Below, in pieces: positions 50,232-60,249 of a stretch of 64,000 nt of DNA; positions within the stretch are counted from its first letter, which is position 1; every line of letters begins with the position of its first letter. The notes below the pieces were generated by a model. It ran no database searches. It was not told the origin of the DNA and worked only from the letters and a program-made list of their open reading frames with translations. The DNA is from Candidatus Nealsonbacteria bacterium. GTDB lineage: Bacteria; Patescibacteriota; Minisyncoccia; Minisyncoccales; JBGOYX01. The DNA lies in the NCBI GenBank assembly GCA_963820485.1, contig CAWFZW010000004.1:61743-125742 (forward strand), given 5' to 3'. Both the position numbers and the translations under genes were made by a program.

Positions 50232-53117
50232 TTAATTCTTTTTTATTCCAATATAATGTTTTTTCCCCTCTAATTCTATTTCTTTTTTAACATCAACATC
50301 TGTCATTTCGTTTTCTGTTTCAACTTTTATAAATTCTTTTGCTCCCGTTTCTTTTTTAAATTCTTCTTCTGGCATATATAGCGGCACAATGCTAACCGTA
50401 GAAGTTATGCCGCTAACCATATATTGAGGAGATAAACCGAGTTTTTTGCGTAAATCTTTAATATTTCTAAGGATTTCTCTTTTTTCTCCTTCTTTTCTAA
50501 GCTCTGGCGTAATTTCTGTATTTAATTCAATTTCTTTTTCTAACTTTTCGTCAAAAACTATTTCTTTTACATTAACTTCCTCTTTTACTAAATCCAATAA
50601 TTCTTCATTGTTTTTAATCTTGAATTTTTTATCTTTAATTTTAATCGAAGCGAGGGGTTGTCTTACTTTTATTCCGGTTTGTGCTCTTTCAGCTAAAGAC
50701 AAAGCAACGATTTCTCGCACTTGTTTCATTTTTTCTTCTAATTCTTGATTTATCAATTTTTTTTCTGCTTTCGGCCAGTCGCAAAGATGAACTGATTCTG
50801 GCATATTTTCTGTTTTTAGTTCCTGGTATATTTCTTCGGCTAAAAAAGGCATTATTGGAGCAATAATTTTTATTAAATTTAAAAGAACGTAATAAAGCGT
50901 ACAAACCGCTTCTTTTTTTTCTTCTTCATTTTTCGGCTTTTGGAAACGGCTGCGCGACCTTCTTATATACCATAAAGAAAGATCCTCTATAAAAAATTCC
51001 TCAATAGCCGCGCTGGCAGCTGCGCTGTTATATTCATCTAAGTTCTTGGTTATTTTATCAATAAGATTATTTAAGCGAGAAATAATCCACTTATCCAAAA
51101 TATTATTAGTTTTGGGAAAATTTTTATCTTTTAAAAATTTCTCTTCTCCCATATAAGTTTTAAAAAAGATAAAGCTGTTCCAAAGGGTTAAAAGTTTTCT
51201 TTTTGTTTCTTTGGCAGCATTATAGCCGAAAAGTAAATTTAAAACGGGATTTTGTTTTACATACATCCATCTCATAGGGTCTGCTCCTATTTTTTCCACT
51301 GCCTCGTCAAACCAAATGGCGTTTCCTTTGGATTTGTGCATTTCTTCTCCTTTTTCGTCGCGCACCAAAGCGTATCCAAAAATAGTTTTCGTAGGATTAG
51401 TTTTTTCCAAAACCGTGCTCATCACAATTAAAGAATAAAACCAATTCTTAAATTGACCGGGAAAAGATTCGCAGATAAAATCAGCCGGAAACCATTTTTT
51501 CCAATATTTTTTATCGCTGAAAATATCCCATGGTTGAAAAAGGCACGATACCGGCATCCAGCCAGGGATTTCCAACGTCAGAAATTCGGGAAACCAATTT
51601 TCCGCATTTTGAACATTTGATTTTCACTTTATCAACCCATGGCCTATGAGGCGAATTGCCTTCAAATTCTTCCCACCCCTCAACCGCTCTTTCTTTTAAT
51701 TCTTCTTTTGAACCGATAACTTCAAAATTTCCGCATGAACATTCAAAAATCGGCAAAGCCAGCCCCCAATATCTTTTTTTGGAAATCAGCCAATCCTGCA
51801 TATTTTTCAGCCAATCCAGTTCCCTTTCCAATCCAAAAGAAGGAATCCATTTTATTTTTTTTGCCACTTCCATCAATGGTTTCCTCAATTTTTCCATTGA
51901 AATATACCATTCATCAACCAAACGAAAATCAATTCTTCTTTACAGCGCCAGCAGGTCGGATATCTATGTGTATAATCTTCAATTTTATAAACAAATTTTT
52001 TATTTTTTAAATAATCAAAAATTAAATTATTCACTTCTGTTGCTAATTTTCCTGCCAAAAAATCAAATCCTTCTTTATATTTGCTTTCATCATCTAAAGG
52101 ATCAATGTAGGGTAAGACCTGATTCTTTACTAAGTTTAAAATCTTCCTGACCGCATCCTGGAGCAATATGAACAATACCAGTACCTTCTTCTTCTGAAAC
52201 TTCGTCCCATAAAATAACTTTATGATCGTTAAAATTTCCTAAGTTTTCTTTAACTGCCGGTAATTCATCAAATATTCCTTTATATTCCAATCCTTCTAAT
52301 TCTTTTCCCTGAAAATTCTCTAATTATTTTCCCGTCTTCTACAATTCCTGCTTTGCTTTTAAAAGAATAAAAATATTATCGTTTTTATCTTTAGCTTCAA
52401 CATAAATTAATTCTGGGTTTACAGCTACGGCCACATTTGCGGGAAGAGTCCATGGAGTAGTTGTCCAAATTAAAAGATATGTTTTTTTTCGTCCGATAAC
52501 AGGAAGTTTGATAAAAACTGACTCATGGGTAATTTCCTGATATTCTTCGGTCAAAATTTCGTGCTGGGAAATGGCTGTTCCGCAACGAAAACACCAAGGA
52601 ACAACATCATTGCCTTTATAAAGCAATCCTTCTTTCCAGCATTTTTTTAAAAAATACCAAATGGCGTAATTATTTTCGTCAGACATCGTGTAATAAGAAT
52701 TCTCCCAGTCCATCCATTGGCCCAATCTGATTGATTGCTCTGTCTGAATTTTAGAATATTTTCTAACCCTTTCTTTGCATTTTTCCACAAAATTGGCTAT
52801 TCCGTATTTTTCAATATCTTTTTTATTTTTAAAACCGAGTTCTTTTTCCACTTCCACCTCAACCCAAAGTCCCTGGCAGTCAAAACCATTCTGAAATCTC
52901 TGGTCAAAACCCTGCAGGCTTTATACCTTTGAAAAACATCTTTATATGTTCTTCCCCAGGCATGATGAACGCCCATGGGATTATTGGCGGTAATGGGACC
53001 ATCCAAAAAAGACCAATGTTTTTTATTTTGGTTTTTTTTTCTGAGTTTCTCAAAAATCTTATTTTCTTCCCAAAACTTTAAGATTTTTTTTTCAATTTGA
53101 GGAAAATTTAATTCCAT
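50232..53117 (-). CDS. ileS: isoleucine--tRNA ligase, at least 6 frameshifts
   Basis: Fragments 52797..53117 ([16 protein letters not shown] = HIGH), 52339..52857, 52102..52290, 51885..52175, 51511..51921 (zinc CSCG...CSKCG) and 50232..51575 (KSKGNAI = KMSKS). Confidence 0.9.
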
Positions 53118-53118
53118 A

Positions 53119-53700
53119 CTAATTAATTTTTCTCAATTCACCCACTTTTATGTAATTTTTCTTTAGAAAAATTTCGTCTAAAAGTTCTCGGTTGGTCATC
53201 CCTTTAATTATACCTTCCAGTATCCATAAAGGATCTCCGTGGCCAACAATTAAAATCTTTTTGTTTTTGTATTTTTTATCAATATTTTTTAAAAAACCTG
53301 TCATTCTTTTTTTAAGGTCGTCCCAGCTTTCTCCTTTTGGAGGTTTTGTAGAAAATTTTCTTTTTTTATAGCCGACGAACTTATAAAATTCTTCTTTTCC
53401 CCTGCCGTGAAAAACGCCCATATTTATATCTCTAAGCCTTTTATCAAAATTGATTTTCTTAATACCCAATTCCCTTAAAGCAATCTTTGCGGTTTCCTTT
53501 GTTCTGTAAAAATCGGAGGAATAAATAAAATCTATTTTTTCTTTTTTTAGTTTTTTTAAGCCTTTTTTTACTTGATTTTTTCCTCCTTTTGTTAATTTAA
53601 TTGAATTATTGTCCTTTAAGGGATAAGCATATCCTCTTTTTTTTACCCTATAAACGTTTTCTCCATGCCGCAAAAGAAAATAATGGTTTTTTAGCTTCAC
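53119..53700 (-). CDS. histidine phosphatase (phosphoglycerate mutase-like) family protein
   Basis: 193 aa, GTG start. LLRHGEN (RHG motif), ILIVGHGDP. Confidence 0.8.
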   Translation of the reverse strand: MKLKNHYFLLRHGENVYRVKKRGYAYPLKDNNSIKLTKGGKNQVKKGLKKLKKEKIDFIYSSDFYRTKETAKIALRELGIKKINFDKRLRDINMGVFHGRGKEEFYKFVGYKKRKFSTKPPKGESWDDLKKRMTGFLKNIDKKYKNKKILIVGHGDPLWILEGIIKGMTNRELLDEIFLKKNYIKVGELRKIN

Positions 53701-53831
53701 CCCGTTAGAAGTCTGTCTTTATATAACAACACGTTAATTTCAGACAGCTTTCTTTTTTCTATTAATAACCCCGTTTGTTTAGTTGTAGAAAAATTTAATT
53801 AAAATTTTTCTACCAAAAACTTCTAACGGGG
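53701..53831. repeat. 131 bp element bounded by a 13-14 bp inverted repeat (ACCCCGTTAGAAGT / ACTTCTAACGGGGT) with two internal palindromes
   Basis: ccccgttagaagt at 53701-53713 versus acttctaacgggg at 53819-53831. Internal CTGTCT...AGACAG and GTAGAAAAATTT-AATT-AAAATTTTTCTAC. Confidence 0.6.
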
Positions 53832-54007
53832 TTCATATTATTAAGATTATCATTTTAACCGCCTTTTTTCAAATAAAAAGAACGTCTAAAAAAGAGGCGA
53901 TGCTAACGCCTGTACTGCTTGAATAAATTTATTACCAGAATAAATCTCAGTCGCCTAATTATGATGAATATTAATGGAAATTCTCCTTTTTGTCTTGCTG
54001 AAGATTT

Positions 54008-54220
54008 TTACGAAAGAATCTTTCGTATCTCTCCTGCCAACATAAAACTATAGAGTGCACTTATTCCAACCGGGAAAGCCGCGGCCAAAAATCCATTCGG
54101 CCAAATAGGATTACTCTTTATCAGAGCGATGATCGCGACGATAAGGGGAATAATAATCCAATAAACAATACCCCAATAACCAACGTCCCAATTTTTAAAA
54201 ATCAATTTTAATTTGAACAC
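54008..54220 (-). CDS. small two-TM membrane protein
   Basis: 70 aa. SD AAAGGAGGAAAAAAC before the GTG start. Confidence 0.55.
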   Translation of the reverse strand: MFKLKLIFKNWDVGYWGIVYWIIIPLIVAIIALIKSNPIWPNGFLAAAFPVGISALYSFMLAGEIRKILS

Positions 54221-54308
54221 GTTTTTTCCTCCTTTTCTATCTTTATTAAAATAAAAAGAGCTTTTACCCTCCTTTTTTCTATATTACTATTTCAACTAAA
54301 AAGTCAAA

Positions 54309-55902
54309 CTACATCTTTTCCGGAGCGGAAATACCCATCAAAGACAAGGTATTTTTCAAGACAATTTTAGTCGCTGAAATTAAACCTAAACGAGTCTGGG
54401 TAAGATTTTTATTTTCTGAAATTACCTGACAGTCACGGTAAAATTGGTGAAACGAAGTTGCCAAATCCAAAGCGTATTGCGGAAATCTTTGAATTTGATA
54501 ATCTTTCGCCGTATCTTCAATAATTTCCGGAAAACGAATCAATTGTTTAACAAGTTGTAATTCCGATTGGTGGGTTAATAGTTTCAAATCTGAAATATTA
54601 AATTTAAAACCTGGCGCTTTGCGTAAAATACTGCAAATTCTGGCATGGGCATATTGAATGTAAAATACCGGATTTTTTTCCGATTGCTCTTTGGCTAAGT
54701 CCAAATTAAAATCTATATGAGTATCAACTGATTTTGCTAAAAAGAAAAATCGAGCAACATCCGAACCGACTTCATCTATTAACTCTTCCAAAGTAATAAA
54801 AGTTCCTCCCCTTTTACTCATTTTCACTTCTTTACCTTTTTCAACTAAACGGACAAATTGACCGATAATAATATTCAATTTTCGGTCAAATCCTAAAACT
54901 TTGGCTGCCGCCATTAAGCGTGGTTTATACCCGAAATGGTCGGCGCCCCATCCATCAATCATTAAATCGTATTTACGCAAAACTTTATCTAAATGATAGG
55001 CTATATCAGAGGCAAAATAAGTTGGTTCGCCATCTGCCCTAACTAAAACCCTATCTTTGTCGTCGCCGAATTGGTTGATTTAAACCACAAAGCACCTTCT
55101 TTTTCATAAGTAAAATCTTTTTTTTCTAATTCTTTTATCGTTTTTTTAACTAAATCTTTTTTATATAGTGTTTTTTCGGAAAACCAAATATCAAATTTAC
55201 CCTTATTCTTCTAAAAGTTCTTTGGTCTCGTTTAATATTTGCTTTAAGCCTATATCTGTAAAAATATTAATTCTTTCTTCCTCTGATAATTTTAAATATT
55301 TGTCTTTGTCCCTTTTAATAATTTTATTTACAATATGTTTAATATATTCACCTTTATAAAAATCTTCTTTCATTTCTACTTTTTCGCCTAAAATTTCTCT
55401 GTAGCAAGCGTCTATTGATTTCCCTAACAATGAAATTTGTTTTCCATAATCATTGATAAAATATTCTCTAGTTACTTTATAGCCGGCTTTTTCAAAAATA
55501 TTGGATAAGACATCTCCCCAAAAAGCCCCCCGGCCATGACCCAAATGCAAAGGACCTGTCGGATTTGCCGAACAAAATTCAATATTTACTTTTTCTCCTT
55601 TTCCGATTTTTAAATTGCCGTATTTTTCTTTTTCCTTCAAAATCTCTTCAACTCTGTTTTTGTAGATATTCTTTTGAAATAAAAAAATTAATAAAGCCGT
55701 TTTTTACTTCTACTTTTTCTAAAATATCCGATTTTATTGAATCGACGATCTGCTGAGGATTTTTCTTAATCACCATCGCTATATTTGTGGCATAATCGCC
55801 AAAAGCTGGCTCTGCAGGTCGATCTATCTCAACTTCAACCTCTTTTTTATATAAGGTTTTTATTGCTTTTTCTATTAAATTTTTAATTTCTTCCCTTATC
55901 AT
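54309..55902 (-). CDS. argS: arginine--tRNA ligase, several frameshifts
   Basis: Fragments 55648..55902 (N-terminal Arg_tRNA_synt_N), 55203..55640 (EFCSANPTGPLHLGHGR = HIGH) and 54309..54980 (DALR anticodon-binding; ends ...APEKM). Confidence 0.9.
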
Positions 55903-56253
55903 TAATTTAATTTTATCTTAATTCTTGCTAAAATTAAAAGTATTTTAAAAAATAAAAAAACCGTGAAGTGGCGGTATTCAAAAATGATGTAGAGCCTCTG
56001 ATGTTAGTAGGGCACACAGAGGCTCTTTTAGTTAATTATGTGATTGTTCTACACTAGTTGTCAAGCGAAGAATTGGAGAACTTTTGTCCATGCGGCCTCT
56101 GGGATGAGGTTTGATCTTTTTCCCAGCTTTCGGTGGGAAGAATTGTCACCAGCCCTAATTTATACCATAGAGTTCGGAGACACTGACGTCCTATAATTTT
56201 GTCGCCACGAGATCTGAACGTCTGATTCGTGGTGTTATCTAGGACCTAAATCC

Positions 56254-56649
56254 TCAAGAGGACCGCGTCTTGTGGCGATCTTTGTACTCTGCATGAAATA
56301 CTGACATTGATACGCCCTTTAGGATTACTTGGGGATAAGTATCTTGTAAGGAAATATCCCCGACAAGATCGGCCAATGGAGAAGGAATGCGATCACCTAA
56401 ATCCAGGTTAATATAGATTTGTCCCTTCTCTCGGTACAAATCTAATACCAGGAAGAGAATATTCTCTCCCGATTCGCGTCCGTCCCTGTTTTTTATTGTT
56501 TGAGTTTTAAAACCTTGAACTTTTTGTATCTCATCGTTTAAATATACGTGAATCACTTTTTCTCCTTTTTCCGTCCGGGTTTTATTTACGCCGTTCTTCA
56601 CGGTCGCAGACCACAGTACGGTATGAAATGAGCTTTGTCTTCCTACCAA
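56254..56649 (-). CDS. hypothetical protein of unknown family in a G+C-rich block (more likely starts at GTG 56556, ~100 aa)
   Basis: 131 aa track ORF begins at a TTG right after the promoter. SD AAGGAG 5 nt before GTG at 56556 (VIHVYLNDEIQK...). Coding status is unproven. Confidence 0.4.
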   Translation of the reverse strand: MVGRQSSFHTVLWSATVKNGVNKTRTEKGEKVIHVYLNDEIQKVQGFKTQTIKNRDGRESGENILFLVLDLYREKGQIYINLDLGDRIPSPLADLVGDISLQDTYPQVILKGVSMSVFHAEYKDRHKTRSS

Positions 56650-56660
56650 GACAATAATTA

Positions 56661-56689
56661 ATTATACATCTTATTTTTAAATTTGTCAA
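56661..56689 (-). promoter_or_regulatory. consensus promoter TTGACA-17-TATAAT driving the 56649..55903 transcript
   Basis: Plus-strand attata at 56661-56666 and tgtcaa at 56684-56689. Confidence 0.6.
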
Positions 56690-56711
56690 GAACGAATTTT
56701 TATGCTAAAAT
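56683..56711 (+). promoter_or_regulatory. smpB promoter TTGTCA-17-TAAAAT, ending 5 nt before the ATG (leaderless)
   Basis: ttgtca at 56683-56688 and taaaat at 56706-56711. ATG at 56717. Confidence 0.6.
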
Positions 56712-56716
56712 AAAAA

Positions 56717-57167
56717 ATGAAGGTATTAGCTGAGAATAAAAAGGCATATTTTAATTATGAAATCCTGGAGAAGTTTGAAGCAGGGATTTCTTTGATTGGA
56801 CAGGAAGTAAAATCAATTAAAACCAAAGGGGTAAATTTAGCCGGTTCTTATGTGGTTGTAAAAGATGAAGAGGTTTTTTGGATTGGGGCAAGAATTCCTC
56901 CTTATCAGCCAAAAAATGCGCCCCCTGATTATCAACCGGAGAGGTCGCGGAAACTTCTTTTGAGAAAATCAGAAATTAAATATTTAATCGGAAAATCCCA
57001 GCAAAAAGGCTTGACTTTGATACCTTTGAAAGGTGTATAATAAAAATGGTAAAATCAAATTTGAGTTTGGAATAGCAAAAGGAAAAAAGGAATTTAATAA
57101 AAAAGAGTTAATTAAAAAAAGGGAGACAGAAAGAGAAATTAAAAGAGAATTAAATTTACGGGGATGA
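56717..57167 (+). CDS. smpB: SsrA-binding protein SmpB (frameshift near 57035)
   Basis: ORF 56717..57040 (KAYFNYEILEKFEAGISLIGQEVKS, RSRKLLLRKSEI). The C-terminal tail KIKFEFGIAKGKKEFNKKE... is in another frame and stops at 57165-57167. Confidence 0.88.
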
Positions 57168-57507
57168 AAAAGAATCGATGAAAGATCTTTATAAAATATG
57201 CAGGCTGAGTTTACTAGAATCTCAAAAAACTTCTGGTAAAAAGAATAAATGCCAATTTATTCAAACAACCCGCTTTAGCTTACGTCTAAAGCCATCTAAT
57301 TTAGTGATTCTCGATAGCTAAAATTAGGTGTCATATTATCGAGATAGATGGTTCTTTTGTCTCGCGAACTTATCAAAGCAACAGAGACAATTAGTACTAG
57401 AGCTTTTTTCTGTTTCTAATCTAGTATTTCAAAGTTAAACAGAATAATCCTGTAGAATTATTTTAAAAAGACTTTCAGATGTGGGAGCATCACCCACCAT
57501 CTCCACC
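57160..57507 (+). ncRNA. ssrA: tmRNA (SsrA)
   Basis: 5' GGGGATG pairs with 3' CATCTCC, including the G3-U pair. T-arm GTGGG-AGCATCA-CCCAC. Discriminator A + CC. Candidate tag frame GCC AAT TTA TTC AAA CAA CCC GCT TTA GCT TAC GTC TAA (ANLFKQPALAYV) at about 57251-57289. Lies next to smpB. Confidence 0.85.
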
Positions 57508-57508
57508 G

Positions 57509-58021
57509 ATTTTGTTCAAAAAACCATTAATCAACAACCAAATAAGGGCTCGTCAGGTAAGAGTAATTGATGAAGCCGGAAAACAGTTAGGCGTTGTTTC
57601 GTTAGAGGAAGCGCTCCGCATGGCCCAGGAGCGCAATTTAGATTTAATCCAAGTTACGGAAAAAGTGGAGCCGCCCGTTTGCAAAATAATGGATTATGGG
57701 AAGTACCTTTATCGCGAAGAAAAAAAAGAAAGAGAAACAAAAAAACAAAAAGGGGGAGAAGTTAAGGGAATAAGATTATCATTTGGCATTTCTTCTCATG
57801 ATTTGGAAGTTAGAGCCCATCAGGCGGAAAAATTTTTGAAAGAAGGAAATAAAGTTAGAATAGAATTGATTTTAAGAGGCCGAGAAAAAGCCCATTTGGA
57901 TTTTGCAAAAGAAAAAATTAAGAAATTTTTAGAAACCTTGGAAAATCAAATTCCGATAAAAGTTGAGAGGGATTTGAAAAAAGAGTTCAAAGGGCTCATA
58001 ATGATAATCTCAAAACTATGA
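57509..58021 (+). CDS. infC: translation initiation factor IF-3 (probable ATT or TTG start)
   Basis: The track ORF 57479..58021 overlaps the tmRNA 3' end. The conserved IF-3 N-terminus INNQIRARQVRVIDEAG begins just after ATT 57509 / TTG 57512. IF-3 genes commonly use AUU. Confidence 0.85.
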   Translation: MLFKKPLINNQIRARQVRVIDEAGKQLGVVSLEEALRMAQERNLDLIQVTEKVEPPVCKIMDYGKYLYREEKKERETKKQKGGEVKGIRLSFGISSHDLEVRAHQAEKFLKEGNKVRIELILRGREKAHLDFAKEKIKKFLETLENQIPIKVERDLKKEFKGLIMIISKL

Positions 58022-58201
58022 AAACAAGGAAATCAATTTTAAAACGTTTTAAAATTCACAAAAACCGGTAAGATATTAAGAAGACCTACCGGTCTTGATC
58101 ATTTTAGGGCAAAAAAGTCAGGGAAAAAAATCAGAAAATCGCGAAAGTGGATAAGAGTTTCCCCATCCGAGGTTAAAAAAATAAGAACCTTACTTAGGTA
58201 A
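58018..58201 (+). CDS. rpmI: 50S ribosomal protein L35 (frameshift at about 58065)
   Basis: ATG overlaps the infC stop (ATGA). MKTRKSILKRFKI / TGKILRRPTGLDHFRAKKSGKKIRKSRKW... Confidence 0.8.
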
Positions 58202-58285
58202 GAACCTTGATTTCTTACAAAAATAAGAACCTTACTTAGGTAAGAACCTTGATTTCTTACTTCGTTCGAAATTCAAACATTACTT
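58177..58285 (+). repeat. 42 nt tandem duplication containing the AAGAACC-hairpin-AAGAACCTTGATT motif (copy iii), rpmI-rplT spacer
   Basis: ATAAGAACCTTACTTAGGTAAGAACCTTGATTTCTTAC at 58181-58218 and again at 58223-58260, followed by TTCGTTCGAAATTC. Confidence 0.8.
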
Positions 58286-58292
58286 AAATAAC

Positions 58293-58640
58293 ATGGTTCG
58301 CGTTAAAAGAGGAAAAACAGCTCACAAAAGAAGAAAGCATTTATTAAAATATGCCAAGGGTTTTCGTTGGGGAAGAAAAACAAAGTATCGTCAGGCAAAA
58401 GAAGCCCTATATCACGCTTGGAGATATGCTTTTAGAGACAGAAAAGCAAAAAAGAGAGAATTTAGAAAACTCTGGCAAATTCAAATTAATGCTGCCTGCC
58501 GACAATTTGGTTTATCTTATTCTAAATTTATTGCCGGTTTAAAGAAAAACAAAATTGAGATTGATAGAAAAATTCTATCTCAACTCGCCCAAAATCATCC
58601 TCAAATTTTTGAAAAAATCGTAGAAAAAGTAAAGAGTTAG
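58293..58640 (+). CDS. rplT: 50S ribosomal protein L20
   Basis: Intact 115 aa. MVRVKRGKTAHKRRKHLLKYAKGFRWGR. Confidence 0.95.
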   Translation: MVRVKRGKTAHKRRKHLLKYAKGFRWGRKTKYRQAKEALYHAWRYAFRDRKAKKREFRKLWQIQINAACRQFGLSYSKFIAGLKKNKIEIDRKILSQLAQNHPQIFEKIVEKVKS

Positions 58641-58662
58641 AAAAAACAAAAACTAGAAAATT

Positions 58663-58703
58663 AGCCCATCTAAATTAATGGTATTAATAGGTGGGCTTTT
58701 TTG
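58663..58703 (+). terminator. intrinsic terminator after rplT
   Basis: AGCCCA...TGGGCT stem followed by TTTTTTG. Confidence 0.65.
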
Positions 58704-58917
58704 TTTTAGGAGATTTATCTAAAGTATATTTACTATGGATATTCGGTAAATCTCCCGAATCGGATGTTTTGGCCATAATAGAAAACCAGCAACCATTTCA
58801 TCATTAAACTCTAATATTTAATTCTTCTATTAATTAGGTTTTTAAATTTCGTACTACCGCATAGTGAAAGATAATTTCCTTCTGAGACTGGTCAATCTTA
58901 TCTTTTTCTCTTAATAG

Positions 58918-59356
58918 TCATGGCTTGGAACAACTTAAAGCAACACATTTACTTCCTTGAGTAAACACAGATAGCCCACATTTTTCACATTGTTTCAGTC
59001 TTGGCATTTTAATCTCGAAAGATTCCGTTCCGCCACTTTTCGCCTCCTTATTAAAATTTTGAACCCTCCAATTTTTTATTATCATACCTTCTTTTTTTAG
59101 TAAAGCAACTTTTCTTTTTGACTCCTTTATTATATCCGCCGATTTTCCCATCCGATTTTATTACTCGGTGGCAGGGAATTTTCGGATCTCTGTTTTTATT
59201 TAAAATATTTCCTACTGCCCTCCAAGCCCGAGAAGAACCAGTTAATTTCGCTATTTCTTTATAGCTCAAAACCTTCCCACGAGGAATTTTTTTGACAATA
59301 TCATACACTCTTTTTTGAAAGAAAGTCGTTTGCTTTTTTGAGGATTTTTTTGGCAT
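58918..59356 (-). CDS. ogt: methylated-DNA--protein-cysteine methyltransferase (frameshift near 59100-59150)
   Basis: ATG at 59356 (MPKKSSKKQ...). IPRGKVLSYKEIA and the active site IPCHRVI. The tail continues in ORF 58918..59151 (VALLKKEG...). Confidence 0.8.
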
Positions 59357-59745
59357 TTTGAAATTTGAGTTGTTCCAAAGATTCTTCATAAGGCAACCAT
59401 TGATATCCTATATGCTCTCCAGAAATTTTTACATCCTTTGTTTTGGTTTCGGCTAAATAAAAGGTAACAAATTTTAAAATATTTTTTCCTTCAAATTTAA
59501 AAAAATACTTTATTGTCTCTTTAAATCCTTCAATAATTTTAATGTCTTTTAAGCCCGTTTCCTCTTCTGCCTCTCTTTTTGCGGTGTCTTCTAATTTTTC
59601 TCCTTTTTCAATATGTCCTTTTGGGAAAGTCCCAATAATCTTCCGAAGCCCTATGGCTTAAGGCAGGATAATATAAAAGAAGATAAAAAAATTTATCTCC
59701 TTCTTTTTTAAAAATAATTACTCCGGCTGATTTTTCTATTGGCAT
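59301..59745 (-). CDS. NUDIX hydrolase (frameshift near 59650); its 3' end overlaps the ogt start in another frame
   Basis: Hand translation from ATG 59745 gives MPIEKSAGVIIFKKEGDKFFYLLL... with the NUDIX box GHIEKGEKLEDTAKREAEEETG. Not in the ORF track. Confidence 0.7.
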
Positions 59746-59748
59746 ATT

Positions 59749-60240
59749 CTAAATCTCTAAAATTAAGGGAATTTCATTACAATTAAAAGGGAATCTTGGG
59801 CATTTAACGCATTCTTGCCAAATTTTTTGCGGTAATCCTGATTTTTTAACAGTTTTAAAACCTAATTTTTTAAAAAATTTTATATTCTTTTGAACGGTTA
59901 AAGTAAATATTTTATTTATTTCCATTTTTTTCGCTTCGTTAATACATTCTTTTATCAATTTCGTCCCGATTCCTTTTCCTTGAAAATTTTTGGCAACAAC
60001 TAATGACCTTATCTCGGCCAAAATACACTCTCTGCCCCCAGGTTTATATTCCTTGCCTAAAATATGTAAGGCGCAACAACCGACGACTTTTTCCCCAACT
60101 TTAGCCATGAAATAATCTCTAATCTCGCCATAAATTTCATAAATCGGCCTAAAAAGCATAATTCCTCTTTTGGCATAAAAGTCAGTTAATTTTTTTATTT
60201 TTTCAGCATCACTGATTTTCGCTTTCCTAATAGTAAACAT
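59749..60240 (-). CDS. GNAT-family N-acetyltransferase
   Basis: 163 aa. Acetyl-CoA motif VAKNFQGKGIGTKLI. Confidence 0.85.
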   Translation of the reverse strand: MFTIRKAKISDAEKIKKLTDFYAKRGIMLFRPIYEIYGEIRDYFMAKVGEKVVGCCALHILGKEYKPGGRECILAEIRSLVVAKNFQGKGIGTKLIKECINEAKKMEINKIFTLTVQKNIKFFKKLGFKTVKKSGLPQKIWQECVKCPRFPFNCNEIPLILEI

Positions 60241-60249
60241 TTATTAACT

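Noticed and set aside
56141-56161. A T-box riboswitch upstream of argS (AAATTAGGGCTGGTGACAATT resembles AAnnAGGGTGGTACCGCG).
   Set aside because: It has an extra C in the core. I could find no Stem I features (GA/K-turn, specifier loop, AGAGA). The following hairpin lacks a U-run, and the site is 240 nt and two further hairpins away from the argS start.
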